From: Anaerolineae bacterium
Lineage (GTDB): Bacteria > Chloroflexota > Anaerolineae > DUEN01
Assembly (NCBI GenBank): GCA_025060615.1
Contig: JANXBS010000002.1
Location: 65,244-129,243 of the forward strand
Reading direction: 5' to 3'
DNA length: 64,000 bases
The notes under the pieces are model-generated. The model was not told the origin of the DNA and did not search any database. It saw only the letters and a list, made by a program, of their open reading frames with translations. A program made the translations under genes and the position numbers. The first letter of the stretch is position 1. Each line of letters opens with the position of its first letter. Below are positions 31,182-40,257 of this stretch, piece by piece.

Positions 31182-32246
31182 GTGACTCTATCGTGCCTTT
31201 CGACCCTAGATCGTACGCTGACCGATTCGACCTGGGACGCTTTCCTTGCGCATCGTCCCGATGTGCACATCCTTCAGCATCGCCTGTGGGGCGAGCTGAA
31301 GGCGCGCTTCGGCTGGCGCGCCGAGCGAGTGGCCATCGCTCGTCAGGGTCAGGTTCTCGCCGGCGCGCAGATCCTCTTCCGCCGCCTCCCCTGGGGACAA
31401 ACGCTGGCTTACATCCCGAAAGGCCCCATCATTCCCTGGGAGGAGATGTCCCTCGTCCGCGAGCTTCAACAAGCCCTGATCGCCACAGCCCGTCGCCTTC
31501 ACGCGGCCCTTCTGCTGATCGAGCCAGACCTTCCCGACGATCCACAGGCGAGCGCTCGGTTGGCCGCGCTGGGCTGGCGCCCTTCCCATCGCTCGGTGCA
31601 GCCCCGCAGCACCATCGTAATCGGCCTGGACGGCGACGACGAGACGCTATTAGGGCGCATGAAGCCCAAGTGGCGATATAACGTGCGCCTAGCCGCGCGC
31701 AAGGGCGTGACGGTGCGCATGGGCACGCCGGCTGACCTCCCGGCCGTGTACGCGCTGATGCAGGAGACGGCCCGGCGCGATCGTTTCGCCATCCACGTGG
31801 CCGATTACTACGCAGCAGCATATGGGCTGTTCGTCCCCGCCGGGCTGGCGGCCTGGCTGCTGGCCGAACATGAGGATCGGCTGCTGGCAGCGATCGTGAC
31901 TTTTGCCCATGGCGAGCGAGCCTGGTACTTCTGGGGCGCATCGGCCAGCGAAGGGCGTTCTCTGATGCCCAATCACGCGCTGCAGTGGGCGGCCATGCGC
32001 TGGGCGCGCGATCGCGGCTGCCGGGCATACGACCTGTGGGGCGTTCCCGATGAAGTCGGCCGAAACCCCGAGGCCTATGCTACCTCCGCCATTGAGCCGA
32101 GCGACGGGCTGTGGGGGGTCTACCGATTCAAACAGGGGTTCGGCGGACGCGTGGTACGCTTCGTGGGCGCGTGGGAACGTCCCCTCTCGCCGATGGGTTA
32201 TGCGCTCTATCGGCTAGGGCTACGCTTGCGGCGGGTGACCGAGTGA
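31182..32246 (+). CDS. FemAB/FemX-family peptidoglycan interpeptide-bridge aminoacyltransferase (copy 1)
   Basis: HILQ...WGELK, AYIPKGP, MKPKWRYNVRLA, YFWGAS and GVYRFKQGFGG; GTG start 6 nt after the -10. Confidence 0.92.
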   Translation: MTLSCLSTLDRTLTDSTWDAFLAHRPDVHILQHRLWGELKARFGWRAERVAIARQGQVLAGAQILFRRLPWGQTLAYIPKGPIIPWEEMSLVRELQQALIATARRLHAALLLIEPDLPDDPQASARLAALGWRPSHRSVQPRSTIVIGLDGDDETLLGRMKPKWRYNVRLAARKGVTVRMGTPADLPAVYALMQETARRDRFAIHVADYYAAAYGLFVPAGLAAWLLAEHEDRLLAAIVTFAHGERAWYFWGASASEGRSLMPNHALQWAAMRWARDRGCRAYDLWGVPDEVGRNPEAYATSAIEPSDGLWGVYRFKQGFGGRVVRFVGAWERPLSPMGYALYRLGLRLRRVTE

Positions 32247-33376
32247 TCGCCATTCAGCGTATCAACGATGCTCAAGCGTGGGATGCCGCGCTCCTGCGCT
32301 GGCCGCGGCCACACGTCTTGCAGAGCTGGCTGTGGGGCGAGTGCAAGGCGCAGACGGGCTGGCGAGCGCATCGCCTACTGGTATTGGATGAAAGCGCGCC
32401 TGTGGCGGCGATCTCGCTGCTCTGCCGATCCCTGGGGCCACTGCCCATCCGGGTGGCCTATGTGCCCAAGGGGCCCATCCTCGATTGGGACGATCCGAGG
32501 GCGGTAACGGCGGCGCTCTCGGCCGTGGAGGCGGAGGCCCGCCGATATCGAGCGCTCTTCGTCAAGGTGGACCCAGACGTGCCGGCTGATACGCCAACAG
32601 GGGCGGCGGTTCAGCGGGTCCTGCGAGCGCGCGGCTGGCGGCCCTCCGCCGAACAAATCCAATTTCGCAATACGGTGCTGTTAGACCTGCGCCCGGGCGA
32701 GGAGGCGCTGCTGGAGGCGATGAAGCCCAAGTGGCGATACAATATCCGGCTGGCCCAGCGGCGGGCTGTACAGGTGCGCGCCGGCACTGTGGCGGACTTG
32801 CCAACTTTCTACGCGCTTTACGTCGAGACCAGCGCCCGCGATGGATTTTTGATCCGCCCTTACCCGTACTACCGGGTGATCTGGGAGCGGTTTTTGGCGG
32901 CTGGGCTGGGGCATCTCCTGTTGGCCGAGGCGGAAGGCCAGGTGATCGCCGGGCTATTCCTCTTCCGCTTTGGGCCGACCGCCTGGTACTTCTACGGCGC
33001 TTCTGCCAACCTGGGGCGTCACTTGATGCCGAACCATTTGCTTCAGTGGGAAGCCATCCGCTGGGCGCGGGCGCAGGGCTGTACCACGTACGACCTCTGG
33101 GGCGCGCCGGATACACTGGACGAGCGCGATCCTCTGTGGGGGGTGTATCGCTTCAAGGAGGGGTTCGGCGGCCAGTTCACCCCCTGGATCGGCGCTTGGG
33201 ATTTCCCCATATCCCGGATTGGATACTGGCTATACACCATAGCGATGCCGCGCGTGCTGGAACTCATGCGCCGCCGGCATCCAGCGTCCTCCGCATTTAA
33301 TCCGCACATCGCGCAGAATGTTGTTAATATTTTTGGACATACCCCCCTTCCTTTGCAAATTGTCAGCTATCTGTAA
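32243..33376 (+). CDS. FemAB/FemX-family aminoacyltransferase (copy 2)
   Basis: HVLQSWLWGE, AYVPKGP, MKPKWRYNIRLA, YFYGAS and GVYRFKEGFGG; GTGA overlap with copy 1. Confidence 0.92.
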   Translation: MIAIQRINDAQAWDAALLRWPRPHVLQSWLWGECKAQTGWRAHRLLVLDESAPVAAISLLCRSLGPLPIRVAYVPKGPILDWDDPRAVTAALSAVEAEARRYRALFVKVDPDVPADTPTGAAVQRVLRARGWRPSAEQIQFRNTVLLDLRPGEEALLEAMKPKWRYNIRLAQRRAVQVRAGTVADLPTFYALYVETSARDGFLIRPYPYYRVIWERFLAAGLGHLLLAEAEGQVIAGLFLFRFGPTAWYFYGASANLGRHLMPNHLLQWEAIRWARAQGCTTYDLWGAPDTLDERDPLWGVYRFKEGFGGQFTPWIGAWDFPISRIGYWLYTIAMPRVLELMRRRHPASSAFNPHIAQNVVNIFGHTPLPLQIVSYL

Positions 33377-33508
33377 GCTTCAATGCGCCCGCTGCACGTT
33401 AGACTAGACATTGGGGAATTTTTCCCGTTTGCCCTTGATGCCTACGCTATGGGAAGCCTGAAGAGGTGTGGCATCTTTTTTAGGTTTAGAGCAGGAGGTG
33501 GACCAAAG

Positions 33509-35536
33509 ATGAATGCTTTCAGAAAGATTGCAGTGTTGCTGGTGATTGTAGGGCTGGCATCTGTCCTGGTTATGTCTGAAGCCGTTCCAGGATACGCTCA
33601 GAGGCAAGGGCAAGCCGGCACGACGCTCAGCGCCACTGTGAGTATTACCCCTTCCTGGAGGATCACCTACCGTTGGACGATTGACAAATCCGTAACGCCA
33701 GCCACCTGGGACCTGTTCCGCGGCGACAGCGGCACATCCCGGTACACCATCACTGTGACCAAGGACAATGGCACCCAGGAAGCCTGGGTGGAAGGCCAGA
33801 TTTGCGTGACCAACGGCGGGGGACGCCCTACGGAGAATCTGGCCATCGTCGCTGAGCTCTACAATGGTTATCCCCCTCCCAACGATCTCTTGGCATCGGC
33901 CCCGGTTGACGTCAACGGCAATCCGGTGCTGGACCCTGGCGAGACCGGCTGCTATTCCTACCGCGTGAACATCTCGATCACCGGTGGAACGTCCCCACAG
34001 CCAAAGGCTGGTGGCACTTACAAAGTCACGGCCAAAGTCACGATTACGAATCACTCCGGCCATCTGGGTACGCCTTTCGGCCCCAGCCCCAGTGCAACGA
34101 CCACGTTCCCCAGCAGCCCAACGCCAATTCATGACTCCATCAACGTGGATGACACCAACGGCGGCTCCTGGGCTTTCAACGCCAGTGGCTCCGTCTGGTA
34201 TACCAAGACCTTCACCTGTGACGAGGACGCTGGGACGCACAACAACACAGCCACCATCCGCCAAACCGGCCAGTCCGACAGCGCTTCGGTGACGGTCAAC
34301 TGCTACGCGCTGGCGGTGACAAAGGACGCACAGCCCTCCTTCAAACGCACTTATTCCTGGACCATTGACAAGTGGGCCGACCAGAGCGCACTGACCCTCT
34401 CCCTCGGACAGCAGTTCCTAGTGAACTACTCGGTCAAGGTGGACGCCACCTACGCCGATAGCGACTGGGCCGTGCGTGGCAGCATCTCCGTGTATAACCC
34501 GGCTCCGATCGCCGCCACAATCAACAGCGTCTCAGACGTGATATCGCCGGACATTCCTGCAACGGTGGACTGCGGGGTAGGCTTCCCATACTCACTGGCA
34601 GCCGGCGGGACGCTAACCTGCACCTATAGCGCCAACCTGCCCGATGCCTCCAGCCGCACCAACACCGCCACGGCTACACTGCAGAACTATGACTACGACT
34701 ACCAGATGAACAAGACGCCAGCTGGCACTACTGCTTTCTCCGGCTCAGCCGGCATAAACTTCTCCAACGCAATCATAACGGAGGTGGATGAGTGCGTGGA
34801 GGTTAACGACACCTATGCCGGGAGCCTGGGCACCGTCTGCTATCCCAATGTGCCCAAGACGTTCACCTACCAACGCCGGATCGGCCCGTACGACGCCTGC
34901 GGCGACTACACCGTGGAGAACACTGCTTCCTTCACTGCTAACGACACCGGCGCAACGGGCGAAGACTCCTGGAGGGTGACCGTCCACGTGCCGTGCACAG
35001 TTAGCTATACCTTAGGAAATTTCGTCTGGGATGACCAAGACGAGGATGGCATCCAAGATGAGGGCGAGCCCGGTATTTCTGACGTGCCCGTGTGGTTGTT
35101 TAGCGGCGCTTGCGACCCCAACGCCGATTACAACTCCATGACCCCGATCGCCACCACAACGACCGATTCTAATGGCTATTACGAGTTTAACAACCTAAAT
35201 CCTGGCGATTATTGCGTGGTCATCCCTGGCAGCGCCTTTGGAACAGGCCAACCGCTGGCCGGATGGGACCCGACAACACCCAACTCAGGTGACCCCAGCC
35301 AGGATAGTAACGGGCAATCGTCCACCAGCGGCTACATCTACGCATCGGTCACCCTGACCAATCAGAATGACGATACGATTGACTTCGGATTCGTCCGAGG
35401 CGTTCCCACTGCAGTTACACTCTCGACGCTCTCGGCCCGTAGCGGGGCGGCTTGGCCGGCCGGCTCCCTCCTGCTGATCGCGGCCGGCGTCGCCCTCGCC
35501 GGCGGGGCGGCCGCGCTCCATCGCCGTCGCCGCTGA
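33509..35536 (+). CDS. Secreted, surface-anchored Ig-like repeat protein with SdrD B-like domain and C-terminal TM + RRRR tail
   Basis: Signal peptide; repeats TYRWTIDK/TYSWTIDK with NTAT/NTAS; SdrD B-like LGNFVWDDQDEDGIQD...TTTDSNGYYEF...IDFGF; tail VPTAVTL-hydrophobic-RRRR; SD AGGAGG. Confidence 0.88.
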   Translation: MNAFRKIAVLLVIVGLASVLVMSEAVPGYAQRQGQAGTTLSATVSITPSWRITYRWTIDKSVTPATWDLFRGDSGTSRYTITVTKDNGTQEAWVEGQICVTNGGGRPTENLAIVAELYNGYPPPNDLLASAPVDVNGNPVLDPGETGCYSYRVNISITGGTSPQPKAGGTYKVTAKVTITNHSGHLGTPFGPSPSATTTFPSSPTPIHDSINVDDTNGGSWAFNASGSVWYTKTFTCDEDAGTHNNTATIRQTGQSDSASVTVNCYALAVTKDAQPSFKRTYSWTIDKWADQSALTLSLGQQFLVNYSVKVDATYADSDWAVRGSISVYNPAPIAATINSVSDVISPDIPATVDCGVGFPYSLAAGGTLTCTYSANLPDASSRTNTATATLQNYDYDYQMNKTPAGTTAFSGSAGINFSNAIITEVDECVEVNDTYAGSLGTVCYPNVPKTFTYQRRIGPYDACGDYTVENTASFTANDTGATGEDSWRVTVHVPCTVSYTLGNFVWDDQDEDGIQDEGEPGISDVPVWLFSGACDPNADYNSMTPIATTTTDSNGYYEFNNLNPGDYCVVIPGSAFGTGQPLAGWDPTTPNSGDPSQDSNGQSSTSGYIYASVTLTNQNDDTIDFGFVRGVPTAVTLSTLSARSGAAWPAGSLLLIAAGVALAGGAAALHRRRR

Positions 35537-35561
35537 TCTGCCTCGCTGTTCATCACTTTTC

Positions 35562-35599
35562 CAGGGGCGATGAGACAGTCTCATCGCCCCTGTTTTTTT
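35562..35599 (+). terminator. Intrinsic terminator
   Basis: Perfect inverted repeat CAGGGGCGATGAGAC-A-GTCTCATCGCCCCTG followed by T7. Confidence 0.88.
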
Positions 35600-35766
35600 C
35601 AGATCGCGGAGAGAGTCCCGCCGCACCTCCCAGTGATCAGCGCAAAGACACCCTTTTCCCAAGGCCACGGTAAGTGAGCTACCCTAGCATCTCCCCTTCT
35701 TATCCTATTGCCAGGCCCTCTCCCTTGCGCGAGACTCAAGCCGAGACTCGAAGCAGGAGGGCAACC

Positions 35767-36027
35767 ATGGCAATACGAGAACACGTGTTTCCTCCCGCAA
35801 ACAGCGCTCGGCACGAGGTCAGCCGACCAGCCGGCATCCCCTGGTGGGCTCTCATCTGCACGGTGATCCTGGTGCTCCTCCTGCTGGCGATCTGGAGCAC
35901 GCCGATTTGGGCGGATTTCGGCCGAAATCCCGTCCAGCCAGCTCACGATGAAGTGCCTGGGTGGATCGTCATCCTCCTGATCTTGGGGGCTTTGGCCGGC
36001 GTGCGAGAACTGGTCACCTCTCGATAA
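35767..36027 (+). CDS. Small two-TM membrane protein (86 aa), function unknown
   Basis: SD AGGAGG 6 nt before the ATG; two hydrophobic segments. Confidence 0.65.
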   Translation: MAIREHVFPPANSARHEVSRPAGIPWWALICTVILVLLLLAIWSTPIWADFGRNPVQPAHDEVPGWIVILLILGALAGVRELVTSR

Positions 36028-36075
36028 TCCTGGGGGCAGCGGGCTAGGGCTGCTAGTGTCTCTCCTCCTTCGCAC

Positions 36076-36228
36076 TCGGGCGACGGGTTTTACCCGCCGC
36101 CCGATGTGTTTTCCTCTTTCTTAGCCTCTTATCTGACTATGCTTGGCTCATCGAGAGGCATGGAGGCCAAGACAGGCGGGTAAGGGGCCGAAAAAGGGTT
36201 TCTCTGGAGGGACGGTTCGTCCCTCCAG
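36076..36228. repeat. REP-like palindromes
   Basis: TCGGGCGACGGGT-TTT-ACCCGCCGCCCGA (36076-36104) and CTGGAGGGACG-GTT-CGTCCCTCCAG (36204-36228). Confidence 0.55.
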
Positions 36229-36368
36229 GCCTCCCTTGACCCTGTAGAGGCACAAGCGCAGCCATCAGCTCGAAAAACCACCCTTGGCGAGGCAGGAGCC
36301 AAGGGATGGGAGCCATAGCTATGCTATAATGGGCCAGTGTCTCATCTCACACCCTGTGAGGACGTCCC

Positions 36369-38489
36369 ATGAACAACGATGTTGACCTACAGCCATGGAT
36401 TGAGATCCGCGGCGTGTGCCCACATGACTGCCCAGACACATGCGCTTGGATTGTCACCGTGGATCGCGTCACGGGCCGAGCCATACGCCTGCGCGGCGCG
36501 GAGGATCACCCTGTGACACGTGGGGTCCTCTGCGCAAAGGTGGATCGCTATCTGGAGCGCACCTACCATCCGGAGCGGCTGCTTCACCCCATGCGCCGGA
36601 TCGGGACCAAGGGGCAGGGACGATTCGAGCGCATCTCTTGGGAGGAGGCGTTACGGGAGATCAGCGAGCGGCTACGGGAGATCGCTGATCGGCATGGCCC
36701 CGAGGCGATCCTGCCTTATTCGTACGCAGGGACGATGGGGTTAGTTCAAAGCCAGTCCATGGACCGCCGTTTCTTCCACAGGCTTGGGGCTACCCGCCTG
36801 CTCCGCACAATTTGCTCCTCCGCCGGCTTTCAGGGATTGCTCTACACCCTGGGGACCGCTCGCGGCACGCCGCCGGAGGACTTCCGACATGCCCGTTACA
36901 TCCTCCTGTGGGGAGCCAACCTTCTCACCTCGAACGCGCATCAGTGGCCCTTCGTCCAGGAAGCACGCCAACGAGGCGCTCGGGTGATCTGCATAGACCC
37001 CGTGCAGACCCGCACAGCCCGCCTATCCGATCGGTGGTTGCCCATCCTGCCAGGCACGGATGGCGCGCTGGCCCTGGCGATGATGCACGTGATCTTCGCC
37101 GAGGGGCTAGAGGATCGAGCGTTCATCGAGCAACACTGCGTTGGGGGAGACCTCCTGCGGGCGCGCGTGACGGAGTGGACACCAGAGCGCGCCGCTACCA
37201 TCACGGGCCTGTCAGCCTCCGAGATCGTGCAACTGGCCCGTGAATACGCTACTATCCGCCCGGCGGCCATCCGGCTGAGTTATGGCCTCCAGCGGCATGC
37301 GGGCGGCGGTATGGCCGTGCGCGCCATCGCTTGCTTACCTGCCCTGGTCGGCGCCTGGCGCGACGTGGGAGGCGGCTTGCTCCTCTCCACCAGCAGCGCC
37401 TTTCCTCTCAATTACGCAGCCCTGGAGCGCCCCGACCTCTGCCCACCCGGCACGCGGGCGTTGAACATGGTGGAATTAGGCCGCATCTTGACCGAGGTGG
37501 ATGATCCACCCATTCAAGCGCTGATCGTATACAACAGCAACCCCGCCGCTGTCGCCCCCGATCAGGCAGCAGTGCGCCAGGGGTTACAGCGCGAGGACCT
37601 CTTCACTGTGGTGATCGAACAGTTCCAGACCGACACCGCTGACTACGCGGACATCGTGTTGCCAGCCACCACCCAACTGGAGCACTGGGACCTGCTCAAG
37701 CCCTATGGCCATTACTACCTAGCCCTGAACCGACCTGCCATCGCGCCCTTGGGCGAGAGCCTGCCCAACAGCGAGATCTTTCGCCGTCTAGCCCGGCACA
37801 TGGGGTTCACCGATCCCTGCTTCGAGGACGATGACCTGACCCTCATCCGCCAGGCGCTGGACAGCAACGCGCCGGAATTGGCCGGGGTCACCCTAGAGCG
37901 GCTGCTGGCCGAGGGATTTGTGCGCCTCCACCTGCCCGAGCCCTATCGCCCCTTCGCCGATGGGCGTTTCCCCACCCCCTCTGGCAAGTGCGAGCTGTAC
38001 AGCGAGCGCATGGCTCGCGATGGCTACGACCCCTTGCCCACCTATACACCGCCGAACTGGTGGAAACGCAATCTCTCACCGCCGGCCTCCGAGGCTCTGC
38101 TGTTCATCTCACCACCGGCCCATTACTTCCTAAACTCCACTTTTGCCAATGTGGATCGGCTGCGCCGGCGTGAAGGCGAGCAAGTGTTGCTGATGCACCC
38201 TCAGGATGCGGCTTCCCGCGGCTTGGAGGAGGGGCAGATGGTGCGCGTCTGGAATGAACGAGGGGATTTCCTGGCGCGAGCGTGCTTAACCGAGGGGATA
38301 CGCCCTGGCGTGTGTGCATCGCCTAGCGTATGGTGGCCCAAACTCGCCCCCGGCAGGCGCAATGTCAACTTTGTCACCTCCCAGGCGTTGGCTGATATGG
38401 GAGGCGGAGCCACCTTCCACGATTGTGTCGTGTGGGTGGAGCCGGCACAGACGGATGATGGCAGAAAAGAGACGAGGGAGGACGGATGA
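36369..38489 (+). CDS. Cytoplasmic molybdopterin oxidoreductase (DMSO reductase superfamily, 4Fe-4S)
   Basis: CPHDCPDTC...LCAK Fe-S motif, [21 protein letters not shown] and a C-terminal HPQDA domain; no Tat signal. Confidence 0.93.
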   Translation: MNNDVDLQPWIEIRGVCPHDCPDTCAWIVTVDRVTGRAIRLRGAEDHPVTRGVLCAKVDRYLERTYHPERLLHPMRRIGTKGQGRFERISWEEALREISERLREIADRHGPEAILPYSYAGTMGLVQSQSMDRRFFHRLGATRLLRTICSSAGFQGLLYTLGTARGTPPEDFRHARYILLWGANLLTSNAHQWPFVQEARQRGARVICIDPVQTRTARLSDRWLPILPGTDGALALAMMHVIFAEGLEDRAFIEQHCVGGDLLRARVTEWTPERAATITGLSASEIVQLAREYATIRPAAIRLSYGLQRHAGGGMAVRAIACLPALVGAWRDVGGGLLLSTSSAFPLNYAALERPDLCPPGTRALNMVELGRILTEVDDPPIQALIVYNSNPAAVAPDQAAVRQGLQREDLFTVVIEQFQTDTADYADIVLPATTQLEHWDLLKPYGHYYLALNRPAIAPLGESLPNSEIFRRLARHMGFTDPCFEDDDLTLIRQALDSNAPELAGVTLERLLAEGFVRLHLPEPYRPFADGRFPTPSGKCELYSERMARDGYDPLPTYTPPNWWKRNLSPPASEALLFISPPAHYFLNSTFANVDRLRRREGEQVLLMHPQDAASRGLEEGQMVRVWNERGDFLARACLTEGIRPGVCASPSVWWPKLAPGRRNVNFVTSQALADMGGGATFHDCVVWVEPAQTDDGRKETREDG

Positions 38490-39016
38490 CCGATGAGGGA
38501 CGGCGGACAAAGGCCGACCTAGCGCGCTATATCGCCGAACACGGAATCGCCGCGGAGCTGGTGACACCGCCACATGAGACGCCGTCGGTGGCCCAGGCCG
38601 CGGCGGCGATGGGATGCGCGCCGGAGCAGATCATCAAATCGCTCGTGTTTCTAATAAGCGGACAGCCCTACTTGGTGATCGCCAACGGGGACGCGCCGAT
38701 AAGCTATCGCCGGCTGGCCGCGCACTTCGGCATCAGCCGCAAGCGGATCAGGATGGCCACGCCGGAGGAGGTGTTGGCGCTGACCGGCTATCCAGCCGGC
38801 GGAGTGCCGCCTTTCGGTTGGCGCACCTCGCTGCCGGTGCTCATGGACCCCGGCGTGCTCACGCAAGACATCGTCTACGGTGGTGGGGGCGATGAGCGCA
38901 CGCTGGTGCGCATCGCCCCTGCCGAGCTGCGAAGGGTAACCCGGCCTGTGTTAGTCACGGTGACAGACGAAGTCGTGGCCGCTACAAAACCCTTGCGCGA
39001 GACATCAACTTGCTGA
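38486..39016 (+). CDS. YbaK/EbsC-family aminoacyl-tRNA deacylase
   Basis: [19 protein letters not shown] and YGGGG motifs; ATGA overlap with the oxidoreductase. Confidence 0.9.
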   Translation: MTDEGRRTKADLARYIAEHGIAAELVTPPHETPSVAQAAAAMGCAPEQIIKSLVFLISGQPYLVIANGDAPISYRRLAAHFGISRKRIRMATPEEVLALTGYPAGGVPPFGWRTSLPVLMDPGVLTQDIVYGGGGDERTLVRIAPAELRRVTRPVLVTVTDEVVAATKPLRETSTC

Positions 39017-39024
39017 CCGCGCAC

Positions 39025-39690
39025 TCAGCTTGAGGCCTCGGGGATGTTCAGCCGATACCCCTGTCCGCGCACTGTGACGATCAGCCGAGGTGACGTAGGG
39101 TCTGCTTCGATCTTTCTGCGCAGCCAATGCACGTGTACTTCCAGGGTGCGCGTATCGCCCACGTACGAAGTGTCCCAGATAGACTTCATGAGCTGTCGAC
39201 GGCTTACCACCCGACCAGCATTTTCCATCAGCACCATCAAGATGGCGCACTCCTTGGGCGTCAGCTTTTGCTCCCCCCTGGCTCCGTGTACGATCCGGGT
39301 AGCCGGATCTAGAATCAACGGCCCCACCTGAAGCAACTTAGGCACGTGCTGTTCCAGCACCTTCTCAATACGAGCGATCAGCTTGCGGGCCGTAAACGGC
39401 TTGGACAGCCGTACATCGCAGGGGATATCGTCGGGCAAACCGTGCTCATCGGCCAAAAGGATGACGGCGCTATGGGGTGAGACGCGCCGCAGCGAACGAC
39501 ATAAGCGATGGCAGGAGCGCGAGGCAGTGCCATCTACGATGATCAAATCTGGCAGGCGCTGACGGGCGTGCTCGATGGCAGTGCGCTGGCTAGCAGCCAA
39601 GGTGACCCACATCCCACGCGCCTCTAACTGCGGCCAGATGGGGTCCAGAACCGAGTCACTCTTGCCTATGAAGAGAATGTGCCAGCCCAT
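39025..39690 (-). CDS. OmpR/PhoB-family response regulator (atypical receiver)
   Basis: PDLIIVD and KPF; winged helix LTPKE...DTRTLEVHVHWLRRKIE...TVRGQGY. Confidence 0.9.
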   Translation of the reverse strand: MGWHILFIGKSDSVLDPIWPQLEARGMWVTLAASQRTAIEHARQRLPDLIIVDGTASRSCHRLCRSLRRVSPHSAVILLADEHGLPDDIPCDVRLSKPFTARKLIARIEKVLEQHVPKLLQVGPLILDPATRIVHGARGEQKLTPKECAILMVLMENAGRVVSRRQLMKSIWDTSYVGDTRTLEVHVHWLRRKIEADPTSPRLIVTVRGQGYRLNIPEASS

Positions 39691-40065
39691 CTTTCACTCC
39701 ACGTGCCAATACCTGGCTCCGAGAAGAGAAAGCATATTCTGGGAGCACGCAAGAAAAGCCGTAACGAGTCCCACTCTACATACCAAGATCTCAACACAGG
39801 GTGATCTCTGCCCCACCAACAACGGCTTACAATCCTAACTCGATGGAGTTCCATCCCACCAGCCAGCTTTCTCGGCCATTCCAGCCTCATTATATCACTG
39901 GCTGATCCCCATTTTGAATATTTGATTTACGCTCTCATAAACTCTACTATAGGCTTTGATATGGGCCTATTGTCCTATTGACACAGTTATCGAAACTTGG
40001 TTTGAGAACCATGAAGGATACACGAGGGGCACGAAATTCACACCTTATGCTCAGAACAAGTGTAG

Positions 40066-40250
40066 CCCTTCCCCATCTCTCGATCCCCCTTTTTCTCCCC
40101 GCTTGCAAGGGAGAGAAGATTGGGAAGAGTTGAAATTTAGGATGGCGGCAAAGCCACCGCCCTTAAACTTCACTCCCTGCTTCCCCTGCTTCCCTTGTTT
40201 CCTTTCCACTCCCGCTTTGCGAGAGTGGAAAGGGATTAGGGTGAGGTGAG
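40066..40250. repeat. Compound palindromic intergenic element (three tandem hairpins)
   Basis: TTTTCTCCCC-GCTTGCAA-GGGAGAGAAG; GAGTTGAAATTTAGG...GGCGGCAAAGCCACC...CCTTAAACTTCACTC; CCTTTCCACTC-CCGCTTTGC-GAGAGTGGAAAGG. Confidence 0.6.
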
Positions 40251-40257
40251 GACCAGC

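Noticed and set aside
33404..34264. 286-aa minus-strand ORF, plus similar long antisense ORFs at 41299-42051, 42774-43544 and 23367-24089
   Set aside because: All lie opposite well-supported genes in GC-rich DNA and show no family motifs.
39956..40249. 97-aa plus-strand ORF
   Set aside because: It runs through the palindromic repeat element; low-complexity translation and no RBS.
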